A stretch of 64,000 bases of DNA from an uncultured Rikenellaceae bacterium (GCA_964472085.1 CAYYIW010000012.1:29753-93752), one strand, 5' to 3'; positions 20,257-29,370 are shown, counted from the first letter of the stretch. Made by a program: numbers and translations. Notes: a model not told the origin generated them from the letters alone.

Positions 20257-20478
20257 TCAGGTTCCTATAAGGAAATCGAGCACATCTCCAAGTCTTTTGG
20301 AAGGTATGTTATAAAATTCCGTGTAGCTGCATTGGGTACAGGTAACCGAAGAGAATCGTCTGTTCTGGACGTTGAATATCTTGGTAAGGAATGAACTGGC
20401 TGTTCTTATCTCTCCTACCTCACATAACCGTGAACCACATTTGGGACATGCATATTTAATTGGCTTTGTCATTTTCAT
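20257..20478 (-). CDS. small 4-Cys zinc-ribbon protein
   Basis: The track ORF reaches 20574. The start MKMTKPIKYACPKCG at 20478 (or 20472) is more plausible, because the longer version would run through the RHH gene. CPKC...CTQC cysteine pairs. Confidence 0.6.
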   Translation of the reverse strand: MKMTKPIKYACPKCGSRLCEVGEIRTASSFLTKIFNVQNRRFSSVTCTQCSYTEFYNIPSKRLGDVLDFLIGT

Positions 20479-20647
20479 TTTCCTGTGTTTTATTTTTTGT
20501 TTTCCATCTGCCTGATTTACGAAGAGCCTGGTCGATAATGTATTCAATCTGCCCGTTTGTGCTGCGGAATTCATCTGCAGCCCATTTCTCCAATGCCTTT
20601 AACTTCTCCGGATCAATCCTGAGAACAAATGGTTTCTTTTGACTCAT
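20456..20647 (-). CDS. Arc/MetJ-type ribbon-helix-helix DNA-binding protein
   Basis: 63 aa. Beta-strand KPFVLRIDPE, helix A KLKALEKWAADEF and helix B RSTNGQIEYIIDQAL match the Arc-family pattern. Confidence 0.7.
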   Translation of the reverse strand: MSQKKPFVLRIDPEKLKALEKWAADEFRSTNGQIEYIIDQALRKSGRWKTKNKTQENENDKAN

Positions 20648-20656
20648 AATTACTGT

Positions 20657-21511
20657 CTATGAATGCAGTGTACCTGCATTGACTACCGGTGTGGCATCCT
20701 TGTCACCACAAAGGACAACCATAAGGTTGCTCACCATGGAGGCTCTTTTCTCCTCATCCAGGTCAACTATATTCTTATCCGACAGCTGGCCAAGAGCCAT
20801 CTGTACCATAGATACGGCTCCTTCCACAATCTTGAATCGGGCAGACACGACTGCTGAAGCCTGCTGACGTCTCAACATAGCATTAGCAATCTCTTCTGCA
20901 TAGGCAATATAGTTTATCCTGGCCTCAATGACCTCTATACCTGCAATATTTAGTCTTTCCCTGATCTCATTTTCAAGTTCATTGTTTACTTCCTCACCGC
21001 CGCTTCTAAGAGCAATAACAGCGTCATGATCCTCAAAATTATCATAAGGATACAGTCCTGCCAGCTTGCGAAGAGCCGCATCACTCTGAACCAGGACAAA
21101 ATGCTGATAATCATCAACCTCAAACACCGCGCAATAAGTCTCCTTAACTCTCCATACCAGGACCAGCCCTATTTTGATCGGATTCCCGATCTTGTCATTT
21201 ACTTTAATGGGTTCGCTGTTAAAGTTTCTTGCGCGTAATGATATACGCCTTTTGACATAAAATGGATTCACCCAGAAGAATCCGTTTTCCCGTATCGTTC
21301 CATTATATGCTCCAAAAAGAACCATGACACATGATTCGTTCGGATTAACCACCGTAAACCCGATACTCGTAAAACCAAACAACAGCATTAACACAACTCC
21401 AAGCCAGACTATCTCATAAATAAATCCGGCAATTGCTCCTCCTGCAAATAAGATCACTATCAGGAGTGCTACATAACCTGATAAAGGTTTAACTGTAAAT
21501 TCTTTTTTCAT
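20657..21511 (-). CDS. SPFH/band-7 domain membrane protein
   Basis: 284 aa. Two N-terminal TM helices, then a stomatin/prohibitin-like core (VVNPNESCVMVLFG..., coiled AEEIANAMLRRQQASAVVSAR). Confidence 0.85.
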   Translation of the reverse strand: MKKEFTVKPLSGYVALLIVILFAGGAIAGFIYEIVWLGVVLMLLFGFTSIGFTVVNPNESCVMVLFGAYNGTIRENGFFWVNPFYVKRRISLRARNFNSEPIKVNDKIGNPIKIGLVLVWRVKETYCAVFEVDDYQHFVLVQSDAALRKLAGLYPYDNFEDHDAVIALRSGGEEVNNELENEIRERLNIAGIEVIEARINYIAYAEEIANAMLRRQQASAVVSARFKIVEGAVSMVQMALGQLSDKNIVDLDEEKRASMVSNLMVVLCGDKDATPVVNAGTLHS

Positions 21512-21816
21512 AGCTTATGATATTATTTTAATATCACTAAGATATTATTTTAATTTAATATATGCAAATAAATTCTTCCCCATTCAGACTGGTTAGAGTT
21601 TTTGCCTATTTGCAACCGCCGATTTAAACATTAAAATCAAAAAGAATATAGTAACTGCATATCAGGTAAACGCATAACCATGAACTGCGGAGCGCTTCCA
21701 TGATACATAGAATGGATTATCCGTCTCTGGCATAGGTATACCATTTGATATGCAGTAAGGGTCCTGCATGCGCGGCAACCAGCACGGCAGAGAGAACATA
21801 TTTCCAGGGAAATTAT

Positions 21817-22014
21817 TCAGGCCTGCTTCCTGATCCTGTTTATCAGGGTTGCTGTCAGACTCTTTCTCGGTGCAGACTTAATAAGTTTCAGAAGAGTAAT
21901 CACATCATAGAATTCAGAATTAAGGCCGAAAGCATCTTCAATGATGTCAATTTCGTCCGTTCTGATATCATTATATGAAATAAAAGGAGTAGAATTAGAA
22001 CCCATAGGCTTCAT
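21817..22014 (-). CDS. small acidic hypothetical protein downstream of the ECF sigma gene (coding status uncertain)
   Basis: 65-codon ORF 62 nt after the sigma-factor stop, on the same strand. No TM segment or zinc-binding anti-sigma motif. Supported only by position and a protein-like composition. Confidence 0.3.
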   Translation of the reverse strand: MKPMGSNSTPFISYNDIRTDEIDIIEDAFGLNSEFYDVITLLKLIKSAPRKSLTATLINRIRKQA

Positions 22015-22076
22015 GTTTTCAATTTTATCTGAAAACGGACCCGGGTTAAAATTTATTGTCCTTTAACAGGAAATAA

Positions 22077-22664
22077 TCAGTTAAGAGTTAGAGAAATATT
22101 TTTTTCCTCCATTATTTTCCTCATATTAATAAGAGCATACCGCATTCTGCCGAGGGCTGTATTGATGCTGACTTCCGTAATATCTGCAATTTCCTTAAAA
22201 CTAAGCCCGGCATAGTGCCGCAGAATAACCACCTCCCGCTGATCGTCAGGCAGGCTGCTTATCATCTTCCTGATATCCTTCTGTATCTGTTTTTTTATCA
22301 TCCCGTCTTCGATAGTCTCTTCAGAAAACTTCTTCGAGTTAAAGATGTCTGATTCATAGTTATCGTTTGATATCATGTTCATCTGCCTTATCCTCCTGAA
22401 GTGATCAATAATGAGGTTATGAGCGATGCGCATCACCCAGGAAATGAATTTACCATTATCGGAATATTTCCCTGCTTTAACAGATTGAATCACTTTCAGG
22501 AAGGTATCCTGGAAGATATCCTCAGCCAGCGCCTGATCACGTATATAAAGACTTATATACGCGAAAACCTTGTTCTTATGTCGATGGATTAATACTTCAA
22601 AACACGACTGCTCACCTTTTATGAACCTTGATATAAGTTCATAATCGGAAATCGATTTATTCAT
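22077..22664 (-). CDS. RNA polymerase sigma-70 family, ECF-type sigma factor
   Basis: 195 aa. Region 2 (DIFQDTFLKV, WVMRIAHNLIIDHFRR) and region 4 (QREVVILRHYAGLSFKEIADITEVSINTALGRMRYA). Confidence 0.9.
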   Translation of the reverse strand: MNKSISDYELISRFIKGEQSCFEVLIHRHKNKVFAYISLYIRDQALAEDIFQDTFLKVIQSVKAGKYSDNGKFISWVMRIAHNLIIDHFRRIRQMNMISNDNYESDIFNSKKFSEETIEDGMIKKQIQKDIRKMISSLPDDQREVVILRHYAGLSFKEIADITEVSINTALGRMRYALINMRKIMEEKNISLTLN

Positions 22665-22776
22665 AGCTCACTCTTTTAGTTTCACAGAGTAGAGATATTC
22701 TATAGGCAGTCGTCTTTTAGTTAATAATTATCAGTATCGTAATACAAAGAAAACAATTTTTTTAATTTGAAAGTAC

Positions 22777-22784
22777 TATTTTTG
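22777..22784 (+). promoter_or_regulatory. Bacteroidota -7 box (TAnnTTTG) upstream of uvrA
   Basis: TATTTTTG, 42 nt upstream of the ATG at 22826. Confidence 0.35.
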
Positions 22785-22825
22785 TGGATTATTAGAATTT
22801 TAACAAATTAATCCGGGGTACAGAC

Positions 22826-25684
22826 ATGCAGGGAAGCATAGAAATCAGGGGAGCCAGGGTACATAATCTAAAGAATGTCAGCCTGGATATCCCCAGAGAT
22901 CAGTTAGTTGTCATCACAGGAGTCTCAGGGTCCGGAAAATCATCGCTTGCATTTGATACGATTTATGCAGAAGGCCAGAGAAGGTACGTAGAGAGCCTGT
23001 CTGCTTACGCAAGGCAGTTCCTCGGAAGAATGAATAAACCTGAGGTTGATTTCATTAACGGTATCCCCCCGGCCATCGCTATTGAACAGAAGGTTAATTC
23101 ACGGAATCCCAGGTCTACTGTGGGTACTTCCACGGAAATATACGACTATTTGCGGCTATTGTATGCCCGGATAGGAAAGACTTTTTCACCTGTATCAGGC
23201 CGGGAGGTAAAAAAACACAGTGTTGATGATATAACATGTTTTCTTGCATCACTACCCGAAGGATCTAAAGTAATAATAACTTCATCAGGAGAAATTCCCG
23301 AAAACATAACTGCCTCGGAATATTTCTCCTTTCTGAGCAAGCAGGGATTTGACAGGATAGAGTCTGAAGGAGAAATCATCAGGACCGATGAGATACGCAA
23401 TTCCGTAAAATACAGGTCCGGTCAAAATATTAATATAGTAATAGACAGGCTTGTAATAAGTCATTCATCCGACAGCTTCAGCAGGGCGGCAGATTCGGCG
23501 CAGACCGCGTTTCAGACCGGGAAGGGATACTGCCAGGTTATCGTACTCAATGGTGGTACCATAAAGCGAGAGAGTTTCTCAACCAGGTTTGAGGAGGACG
23601 GGATCACTTTTGAAGAGCCTTCCGAATACCTTTTCAGCTTTAACAATCCCATCGGAGCCTGTCCTTTATGTGAAGGTTATGGTAAAATAATAGGGATAGA
23701 TGAAAAACTGGTTATTCCGAATCAGAATCTCTCAGTATATGATGATGCCATCGTATGCTGGAAAGGTGAATCAATGCGCAGATGGAAGGACAGGCTCATT
23801 GCAAATGCAGGTCTTTTTGATTTTCCTATACATAAACCTGTATATCAGCTTACTGCGGAACAAAAGGCCCTCCTGTGGAAAGGCAACCGGTATTTCTACG
23901 GGCTTGACAGGTTCTTTGCTCATCTGGAAGAAAAGAAATACAAGATACAGTACAGGGTACTGCTAAGCCGTTACCGGGGAAAGACCACCTGCCCGGAATG
24001 CAGGGGTTCGCGTTTGAGAAAAGAAGCCGGGTATGTAAAGGTTGGGGGTATGGCCATACAGGATCTCGTTGCTCTGCCTGTTTCGGAGCTTTATAAAAAA
24101 ATAACAGGCATTAAGCTGGACGAGTCCGACTCAAAGATAGCCGACAGACTGATAAAAGAGATAACCCAACGTCTTAAGTTCCTGGCAGATGTCGGACTTC
24201 CCTATCTTACCCTCGACAGGCTTTCATCCACTCTGTCAGGCGGGGAATCACAGAGAATTAATCTGGCAACGTCGCTCGGCAGTAATCTTGTCGGATCCAT
24301 GTATATACTCGATGAACCAAGCATTGGCCTTCACCCGCGCGATACAAATCTGCTTATCAAGGTACTGAGGGAATTGCGCGATATGGGTAATACGGTGCTT
24401 GTTGTGGAACATGAGGAAGAAATAATAAGGGCAGCCGATGAAATCATAGACCTTGGACCGGAAGCCGGAAGACTGGGAGGCGAGGTAGTATACCAGGGAG
24501 GGCTTGTTATTACTGAAGAAAATAAATCGCTGACTGCAGCCTATTTAAGCGGCAGAATGACAGTCCCGGTGCCGAAGGTAAGAAGAAAGTGGAACAGTTA
24601 CATTGAGGTCAGGGGAGCCAGGGAAAATAACCTTAAGGACATTAATGTGAAATTTCCCCTGCATACAATAACTACTGTTACCGGAGTGAGCGGCTCCGGA
24701 AAATCGAGTCTTGTTTCGGATATATTTTACAGGGTATTATCAAACAGGATCAACGGCAATAATCTTCGTCCGGGACAATTTACCGACCTTTCAGGGGACA
24801 CCGGTGTTCTGACAGGGATTGAACTGGTCGATCAGAACCCAATAGGTAAATCTAGCAGATCCAACCCTGTAACATACCTGAAAGCGTATGATGAAATACG
24901 GAAGCTGTATGCAGAGCAACAGGCATCGGTCCAGAACAATTTCAAACCATCTCATTTTTCATTTAATGTTGAGGGTGGACGGTGCGAAGAATGTCAGGGA
25001 GAGGGCGTGATCAGGGTTGAAATGCAGTTTATGGCCGATGTTGAACTGACATGTGAAAGCTGCAAGGGAATGAGATTCCGCAAGGACATACTCGATATCA
25101 GGTATCACGGCAAGAATATTTATGATATGCTTGAGATGACCATTGACGATGCAATTGATTTCTTTGGATCCTATAACGGCAAAACAGAAAAGCGAATTAT
25201 CGATAAGCTGAAGCCTCTGGCGGATGTAGGACTGGGTTATATTAAGATGGGGCAGTCATCCAGTACACTTTCAGGAGGAGAGAGTCAGCGTGTAAAACTG
25301 GCATATTTCCTCAGCCAGGAAAAAGGAAGCGGTCATATTCTCTTTATCTTTGATGAACCGACTACAGGCCTCCATTTTAACGATATCAACAAGCTCCTGA
25401 AATCGATTAACGCCCTGGTCGAACATGGACATTCTGTAGTACTCATTGAGCATAACCAGGAGGTTATTAAAAGTTCAGACTGGGTAATCGACCTGGGTCC
25501 TGAAGGTGGAGAAAAGGGTGGCTTTTTGGTATTTGAAGGAAAACCCGAGGACCTTGTAAACTGCAGGGAATCATATACCGGCAGATATCTTGCCCATAAG
25601 CTTCCCCGAAAAAAGAAGGACGTGTTGAAACACGTCCCCCCCGGATTACATATGTCGGACAATAATCCTATTTCTTCATCTTAA
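22826..25684 (+). CDS. uvrA: excinuclease ABC subunit A
   Basis: 952 aa. Two ABC modules (GVSGSGKSSLAFDT and GVSGSGKSSLVSD Walker A, two LSGGESQR signatures) and zinc-finger cysteines (CPLCEGYG, CPECRG, CEECQGEG). Confidence 0.97.
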   Translation: MQGSIEIRGARVHNLKNVSLDIPRDQLVVITGVSGSGKSSLAFDTIYAEGQRRYVESLSAYARQFLGRMNKPEVDFINGIPPAIAIEQKVNSRNPRSTVGTSTEIYDYLRLLYARIGKTFSPVSGREVKKHSVDDITCFLASLPEGSKVIITSSGEIPENITASEYFSFLSKQGFDRIESEGEIIRTDEIRNSVKYRSGQNINIVIDRLVISHSSDSFSRAADSAQTAFQTGKGYCQVIVLNGGTIKRESFSTRFEEDGITFEEPSEYLFSFNNPIGACPLCEGYGKIIGIDEKLVIPNQNLSVYDDAIVCWKGESMRRWKDRLIANAGLFDFPIHKPVYQLTAEQKALLWKGNRYFYGLDRFFAHLEEKKYKIQYRVLLSRYRGKTTCPECRGSRLRKEAGYVKVGGMAIQDLVALPVSELYKKITGIKLDESDSKIADRLIKEITQRLKFLADVGLPYLTLDRLSSTLSGGESQRINLATSLGSNLVGSMYILDEPSIGLHPRDTNLLIKVLRELRDMGNTVLVVEHEEEIIRAADEIIDLGPEAGRLGGEVVYQGGLVITEENKSLTAAYLSGRMTVPVPKVRRKWNSYIEVRGARENNLKDINVKFPLHTITTVTGVSGSGKSSLVSDIFYRVLSNRINGNNLRPGQFTDLSGDTGVLTGIELVDQNPIGKSSRSNPVTYLKAYDEIRKLYAEQQASVQNNFKPSHFSFNVEGGRCEECQGEGVIRVEMQFMADVELTCESCKGMRFRKDILDIRYHGKNIYDMLEMTIDDAIDFFGSYNGKTEKRIIDKLKPLADVGLGYIKMGQSSSTLSGGESQRVKLAYFLSQEKGSGHILFIFDEPTTGLHFNDINKLLKSINALVEHGHSVVLIEHNQEVIKSSDWVIDLGPEGGEKGGFLVFEGKPEDLVNCRESYTGRYLAHKLPRKKKDVLKHVPPGLHMSDNNPISSS

Positions 25685-26111
25685 AACCAAACATAATGGA
25701 TACACAGCCGCTTTCCGGAGTTTCTCCTGACTGACTGGATGTCAGCACCTTCACAACAATCTTTAGCTGCTGACTTGATTCCAGTTTGAAATCCCAGGTT
25801 GGTGAATAATCATTATCCTTATTGTCATAGAGAACATTTTTATCAGCATCAAGCACCCTGAACTCCACCTTTGGAATATTATCCTCCCCGCAAACGGCTA
25901 TACGATAGTCCATATCAGAATAAAACGTTTTATATAGTTCAGCCTCCTCTCCTTCAACAAGAACAGCAGCATGATAATTTCCATCATGAGTATATGATCC
26001 CAATTCAGGCAGGCATACCTTCTTGGCAAATGCCTTACATTGAGCATTAACATTTACTGTTATGCCCAGTATAAACAGTGCAATGATCGGGGTTATTTTT
26101 AATATTCTCAT
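25668..26111 (-). CDS. hypothetical secreted protein
   Basis: 147 aa. Signal peptide (ALFILGITVNVNAQ) and 5 Cys. The 3' end overlaps the convergent uvrA 3' end by 17 nt. Confidence 0.6.
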   Translation of the reverse strand: MRILKITPIIALFILGITVNVNAQCKAFAKKVCLPELGSYTHDGNYHAAVLVEGEEAELYKTFYSDMDYRIAVCGEDNIPKVEFRVLDADKNVLYDNKDNDYSPTWDFKLESSQQLKIVVKVLTSSQSGETPESGCVSIMFGFKMKK

Positions 26112-26118
26112 AGCTATG

Positions 26119-27039
26119 TTATTTTACGAAACTACTTCTGATATCTGCAACAAGGGCAGTAAGTTCTTTGAAAACTTCAGGAGTCATATCGGTACTGACC
26201 TGAGATTTTAAAATAGTGGTATTTGTTTCTTTATCATATTCAGGCTGGACGCGGGAGGTGCTAATTTTTATTTTGTCAAAGACAGTCTTTAGCTGTTGTA
26301 CCTGTGTCATCAGCTCATCAATGGCAGGATTACCTTTACTCTGATCAAGAAGGTCTATAAGTATATCAATTGACAGTTTCTGGTCAATTATTCTTCCTAC
26401 CAGCTTAGTCCCGTTAAAATCCTTCATATCTACAAGCTGAGTCGAAATATACAGGCCTTCGAACCATCCCCCTACAAGTACCATGGCAGCAATAGCAGGC
26501 TGTCCGTTATCTTCAAGATATGAGTTTGAATTCATGAATGTCTCACTAACTATTCTCATAATAACATCCCTGTTATTGATGTTTTCCTCCAGTTCATCAA
26601 TGGTAGCCTGATCAACTGCTTTAAGTATCCCGAGTCCGTCAGCCATCTTCTTGGCTGCATTCATATAATCAATAATAAGTTGTGTCTGGTCATAAAGGCT
26701 GGCGTAACTGAGGTCACATGTATATATGCCCAGGTTCAGTGCCATGCTTTTATTGGTGACATAATTATTAACATTTGAAACAGGGTTCAGAAGAGTCTGC
26801 TCAAACCTTGCTCCTGCAGATTTGATAAGCATTGCAGACTCGAGAGGTGAAGGCAGTGCATCAAATACCTTTTTCGCCTGTTTTACGTCTCTTATAACAG
26901 CAGAATTATCCTGTGGAACACTGACTGACAGATCTTCTGCAGGTGCTTTTTTCCCTCCCGACCTACAACCGGAGACAAGACCTGCACAAAGGATAATTAC
27001 AATCAATATCCCTGAACTAATTCCATATTTTTTATTCAT
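26119..27039 (-). CDS. hypothetical lipoprotein
   Basis: 306 aa. Lipobox-like LVSGC. The mature part looks largely helical. Lies 7 nt upstream of the 147-aa gene. Confidence 0.65.
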   Translation of the reverse strand: MNKKYGISSGILIVIILCAGLVSGCRSGGKKAPAEDLSVSVPQDNSAVIRDVKQAKKVFDALPSPLESAMLIKSAGARFEQTLLNPVSNVNNYVTNKSMALNLGIYTCDLSYASLYDQTQLIIDYMNAAKKMADGLGILKAVDQATIDELEENINNRDVIMRIVSETFMNSNSYLEDNGQPAIAAMVLVGGWFEGLYISTQLVDMKDFNGTKLVGRIIDQKLSIDILIDLLDQSKGNPAIDELMTQVQQLKTVFDKIKISTSRVQPEYDKETNTTILKSQVSTDMTPEVFKELTALVADIRSSFVK

Positions 27040-27132
27040 GATGAAAAGGTTAAAGTGAGATATCTAATTCACGACTAAATTAGTATTTTATTTTTATTTT
27101 TCAAAAACAGCATCAGTAATTGGAGCTATTTC

Positions 27133-27140
27133 TAACTTTG
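27133..27140 (+). promoter_or_regulatory. Bacteroidota -7 box (TAnnTTTG) upstream of the 171-aa gene
   Basis: TAACTTTG, 19 nt upstream of the ATG at 27159. Confidence 0.4.
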
Positions 27141-27158
27141 TGAAAAACTGCACAAAAT

Positions 27159-27674
27159 ATGATAAAATCGGATAAAAAATTAAAGGAACTGGAAGCCATT
27201 CTCAATAAGGAGAACAGCAATACTATCACAGCGTCAATAATATCTCTGAGAGACGAACAGCCTTTTGAAGGAGCAGTCAGTCTGCTGACCGGACACTATG
27301 ATAGATCTAAGGACAAAGACGTTCGCAGGACTATTGAACATTTCATGAATGATCTGAAGGACCCTTCAGTATGTCCTGAAGTGGCCGGAGAAATCCGAAA
27401 GAAATGGAATGATCATACAATTAGCATGCTGGTATCATCGTGCTGGCAGTCTGGACTTGATTACTCAGCATATTCTGTTGACATAGCAAAAGCTTATATA
27501 CAGGGCGATTATGTCACTGCCATAGAGTGCCTTACTGCTTTAGAAGCAATTATAAATGATATCAGCCACGACCAAAGGAAAAAGATCATAAACATGCTGC
27601 AGGGAGGGACTTTTAAGGCTGCTGCCGAGAAAAGAGAACTGACATTGGAGCTGATCTCTGTTCTTAACGGTTAA
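27159..27674 (+). CDS. hypothetical cytoplasmic helical protein
   Basis: 171 aa with no signal peptide. Composition is helical-repeat-like. No motif recognised. Confidence 0.55.
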   Translation: MIKSDKKLKELEAILNKENSNTITASIISLRDEQPFEGAVSLLTGHYDRSKDKDVRRTIEHFMNDLKDPSVCPEVAGEIRKKWNDHTISMLVSSCWQSGLDYSAYSVDIAKAYIQGDYVTAIECLTALEAIINDISHDQRKKIINMLQGGTFKAAAEKRELTLELISVLNG

Positions 27675-27696
27675 GATGTACTTAAATTAATATTTT

Positions 27697-28674
27697 TCAG
27701 TCTATTGCTGAAAAGTATTTCATAAACTGAGTACGTTCAAAAACAGTCGGTTTATTGTAATTAGCCCAGTTCAACTTACCCCTGAAATCATCCAGGCTGC
27801 TGAAACCTTTCTGTTTCATCCATTGCAGGATACGCTCGTTTATTTGTTTCAGTACTCCGAAGCCTCCCCTGTAGAGAACAGAACACAGCTGCACGGTATC
27901 TGCACCGGCCAGGAGATATCTGATAGCATCATCACCGCTGTGAACACCTGTTGATGCTGAAATATCAATTTCAATATCCTGGGCGCTTGTCATGGCCACC
28001 CATCTCAGGACATAGCGTCTGTCACCCTCATTGCTAAAAACAGGTGCAGGCACTATCTCCATCCTGTTGACATCTATGTCGGGTTCATAGAACCTGTTAA
28101 ACATAACAACTCCCTCAACACCTCTCATATAAAACTGATCGATCATGTAAAGTATATTGGAGAACCTGTACCCTATCTTTATGGCCACGGGGATGGATAC
28201 AGATGCTTTCAGGTTTTCAATAAGTTCAAAATATACATTTTCTGAATCTTCCGACGACATCTTCCTGTTGCCGGGGAGAAAGAACATGTTAATTTCAATA
28301 GCATCAGCTCCCGCATCTTCAATGTTCCTGGCAAAATCAGTCCATCCTTTCGGGGAGAAACAATTAATGCTGGGTATAACGGGTATTGTCAGGTCTTTTT
28401 TGGCCGATTTTATAAGGTCCAGGTATTCCTCAACAGAGTGTGACCTGGTATAGTATGATATATATTCATCAGCTTCAGGATAGTCCATGGATGAGGGGAT
28501 AGTGCTTATATGATGCAGTATCTGTTCCTCAAAAAGAGATTTAAGGACAACTGCTCCGGCCCCGTTAACTTCAGCCTCCCTCAGATGTCCCAGAGTGGAT
28601 GTAAGTCTGCTGCTGCCCACAATAAGCGGGCTTTTCAGTGATAATCCAAGATAATTTGTTTTCAGTTTTTCCAT
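27697..28674 (-). CDS. dihydroorotate dehydrogenase-like TIM-barrel flavoprotein
   Basis: Class-1 DHOD-like N-terminus MEKLKTNYLGLSLKSPLIVGSS. The track ORF starts at 28707, but the ATG at 28674 avoids a 26-nt overlap with yggS and fits the family N-terminus. Confidence 0.75.
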   Translation of the reverse strand: MEKLKTNYLGLSLKSPLIVGSSRLTSTLGHLREAEVNGAGAVVLKSLFEEQILHHISTIPSSMDYPEADEYISYYTRSHSVEEYLDLIKSAKKDLTIPVIPSINCFSPKGWTDFARNIEDAGADAIEINMFFLPGNRKMSSEDSENVYFELIENLKASVSIPVAIKIGYRFSNILYMIDQFYMRGVEGVVMFNRFYEPDIDVNRMEIVPAPVFSNEGDRRYVLRWVAMTSAQDIEIDISASTGVHSGDDAIRYLLAGADTVQLCSVLYRGGFGVLKQINERILQWMKQKGFSSLDDFRGKLNWANYNKPTVFERTQFMKYFSAID

Positions 28675-28681
28675 GATCTGT

Positions 28682-29359
28682 TTAAATGTTTTTATTTCTC
28701 TTTCCAAAGATACGGCTTCCGATCCTTACCATAGTACTGCCCTGTTCCACTGCCAGGTCATAATCGTCTGACATGCCCATAGATATCTCCCTGAATGATG
28801 GAACATCAGCAAAATATTTCCTTTTTATATCAGAGAAATAACTGTGAAGGCGGGAGAATTCCCTTCTGACTTTTTCCCTGTCATCAGTGAAGGTAGCCAT
28901 TCCCATAACACCACAGATACGTGTATTTTTAAGTTGCAAAAGGTTATTGGTCTCCATCATCTCCGATACTTCCCCGGGCAGAAAACCAAATTTGGTGGTC
29001 TCGTCCGCAATATGTATCTGCAGCAGGCAATCAATTGTACGACCGGCTTTGGCAGCATCCTTATTTATTACTGACAGAAGCCTGTAGGAATCTACAGAAT
29101 GGATCATGCTGATAAACGGTACTAAATATTTCACCTTATTCGTCTGAAGATGACCTATAAGGTGCCATTCAATATCCCCGGGGAGCAGCTCCCTTTTTGT
29201 AAGTAGTTCCTGTACCCTGTTTTCACCAAATAATCTTTGTCCTGCGTTATATGCGGTCATTATGTCCCTGACCGCCACCGTCTTTGACACGGCTATAAGT
29301 CTGACAGTATGGGGGATCTGACTTTTGATACGGGCTATATTTCCTGAAATATCAACCAA
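28682..29359 (-). CDS. yggS: YggS-family pyridoxal 5'-phosphate homeostasis protein
   Basis: 225 aa. LIAVSKT (PLP lysine), FGENRVQE, WHLIGHLQTNKVK and MGMSDDY blocks. Confidence 0.85.
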   Translation of the reverse strand: MVDISGNIARIKSQIPHTVRLIAVSKTVAVRDIMTAYNAGQRLFGENRVQELLTKRELLPGDIEWHLIGHLQTNKVKYLVPFISMIHSVDSYRLLSVINKDAAKAGRTIDCLLQIHIADETTKFGFLPGEVSEMMETNNLLQLKNTRICGVMGMATFTDDREKVRREFSRLHSYFSDIKRKYFADVPSFREISMGMSDDYDLAVEQGSTMVRIGSRIFGKRNKNI

Positions 29360-29370
29360 GATTTTACCGG

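Noticed and set aside
20479-20574. N-terminal 32 codons of the 105-aa track ORF for the zinc-ribbon gene.
   Set aside because: This extension overlaps most of the 3' half of the RHH gene in another frame and has no protein-like features. The internal MKM start immediately precedes the conserved CPKC motif.
21637-22014. The 65-codon ORF after the sigma gene is followed, beyond its TGA (21817-21819), by 59 more in-frame sense codons containing a CSLCRAGCRAC (CxxC-x3-CxxC) motif. This could be a nonsense-disrupted or selenocysteine/read-through anti-sigma factor.
   Set aside because: Over the same GC-rich 140 nt a second minus-strand frame (21662-21799) and a plus-strand frame (21745-21978) are also open, so the openness is compositional. 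The downstream translation is Cys/Arg/Met-rich and not protein-like. TGA is used as a normal stop elsewhere (for example at 3935-3937), and the hairpin after the TGA does not resemble a bacterial SECIS. The inverted-repeat element reported as a finding explains it better.
22781-22790. TGTGGATTA, a near-match (8 of 9) to a DnaA box upstream of uvrA.
   Set aside because: It is a single imperfect copy. There is no cluster of boxes, no AT-rich unwinding element and no dnaA/dnaN nearby, so it is not an origin.
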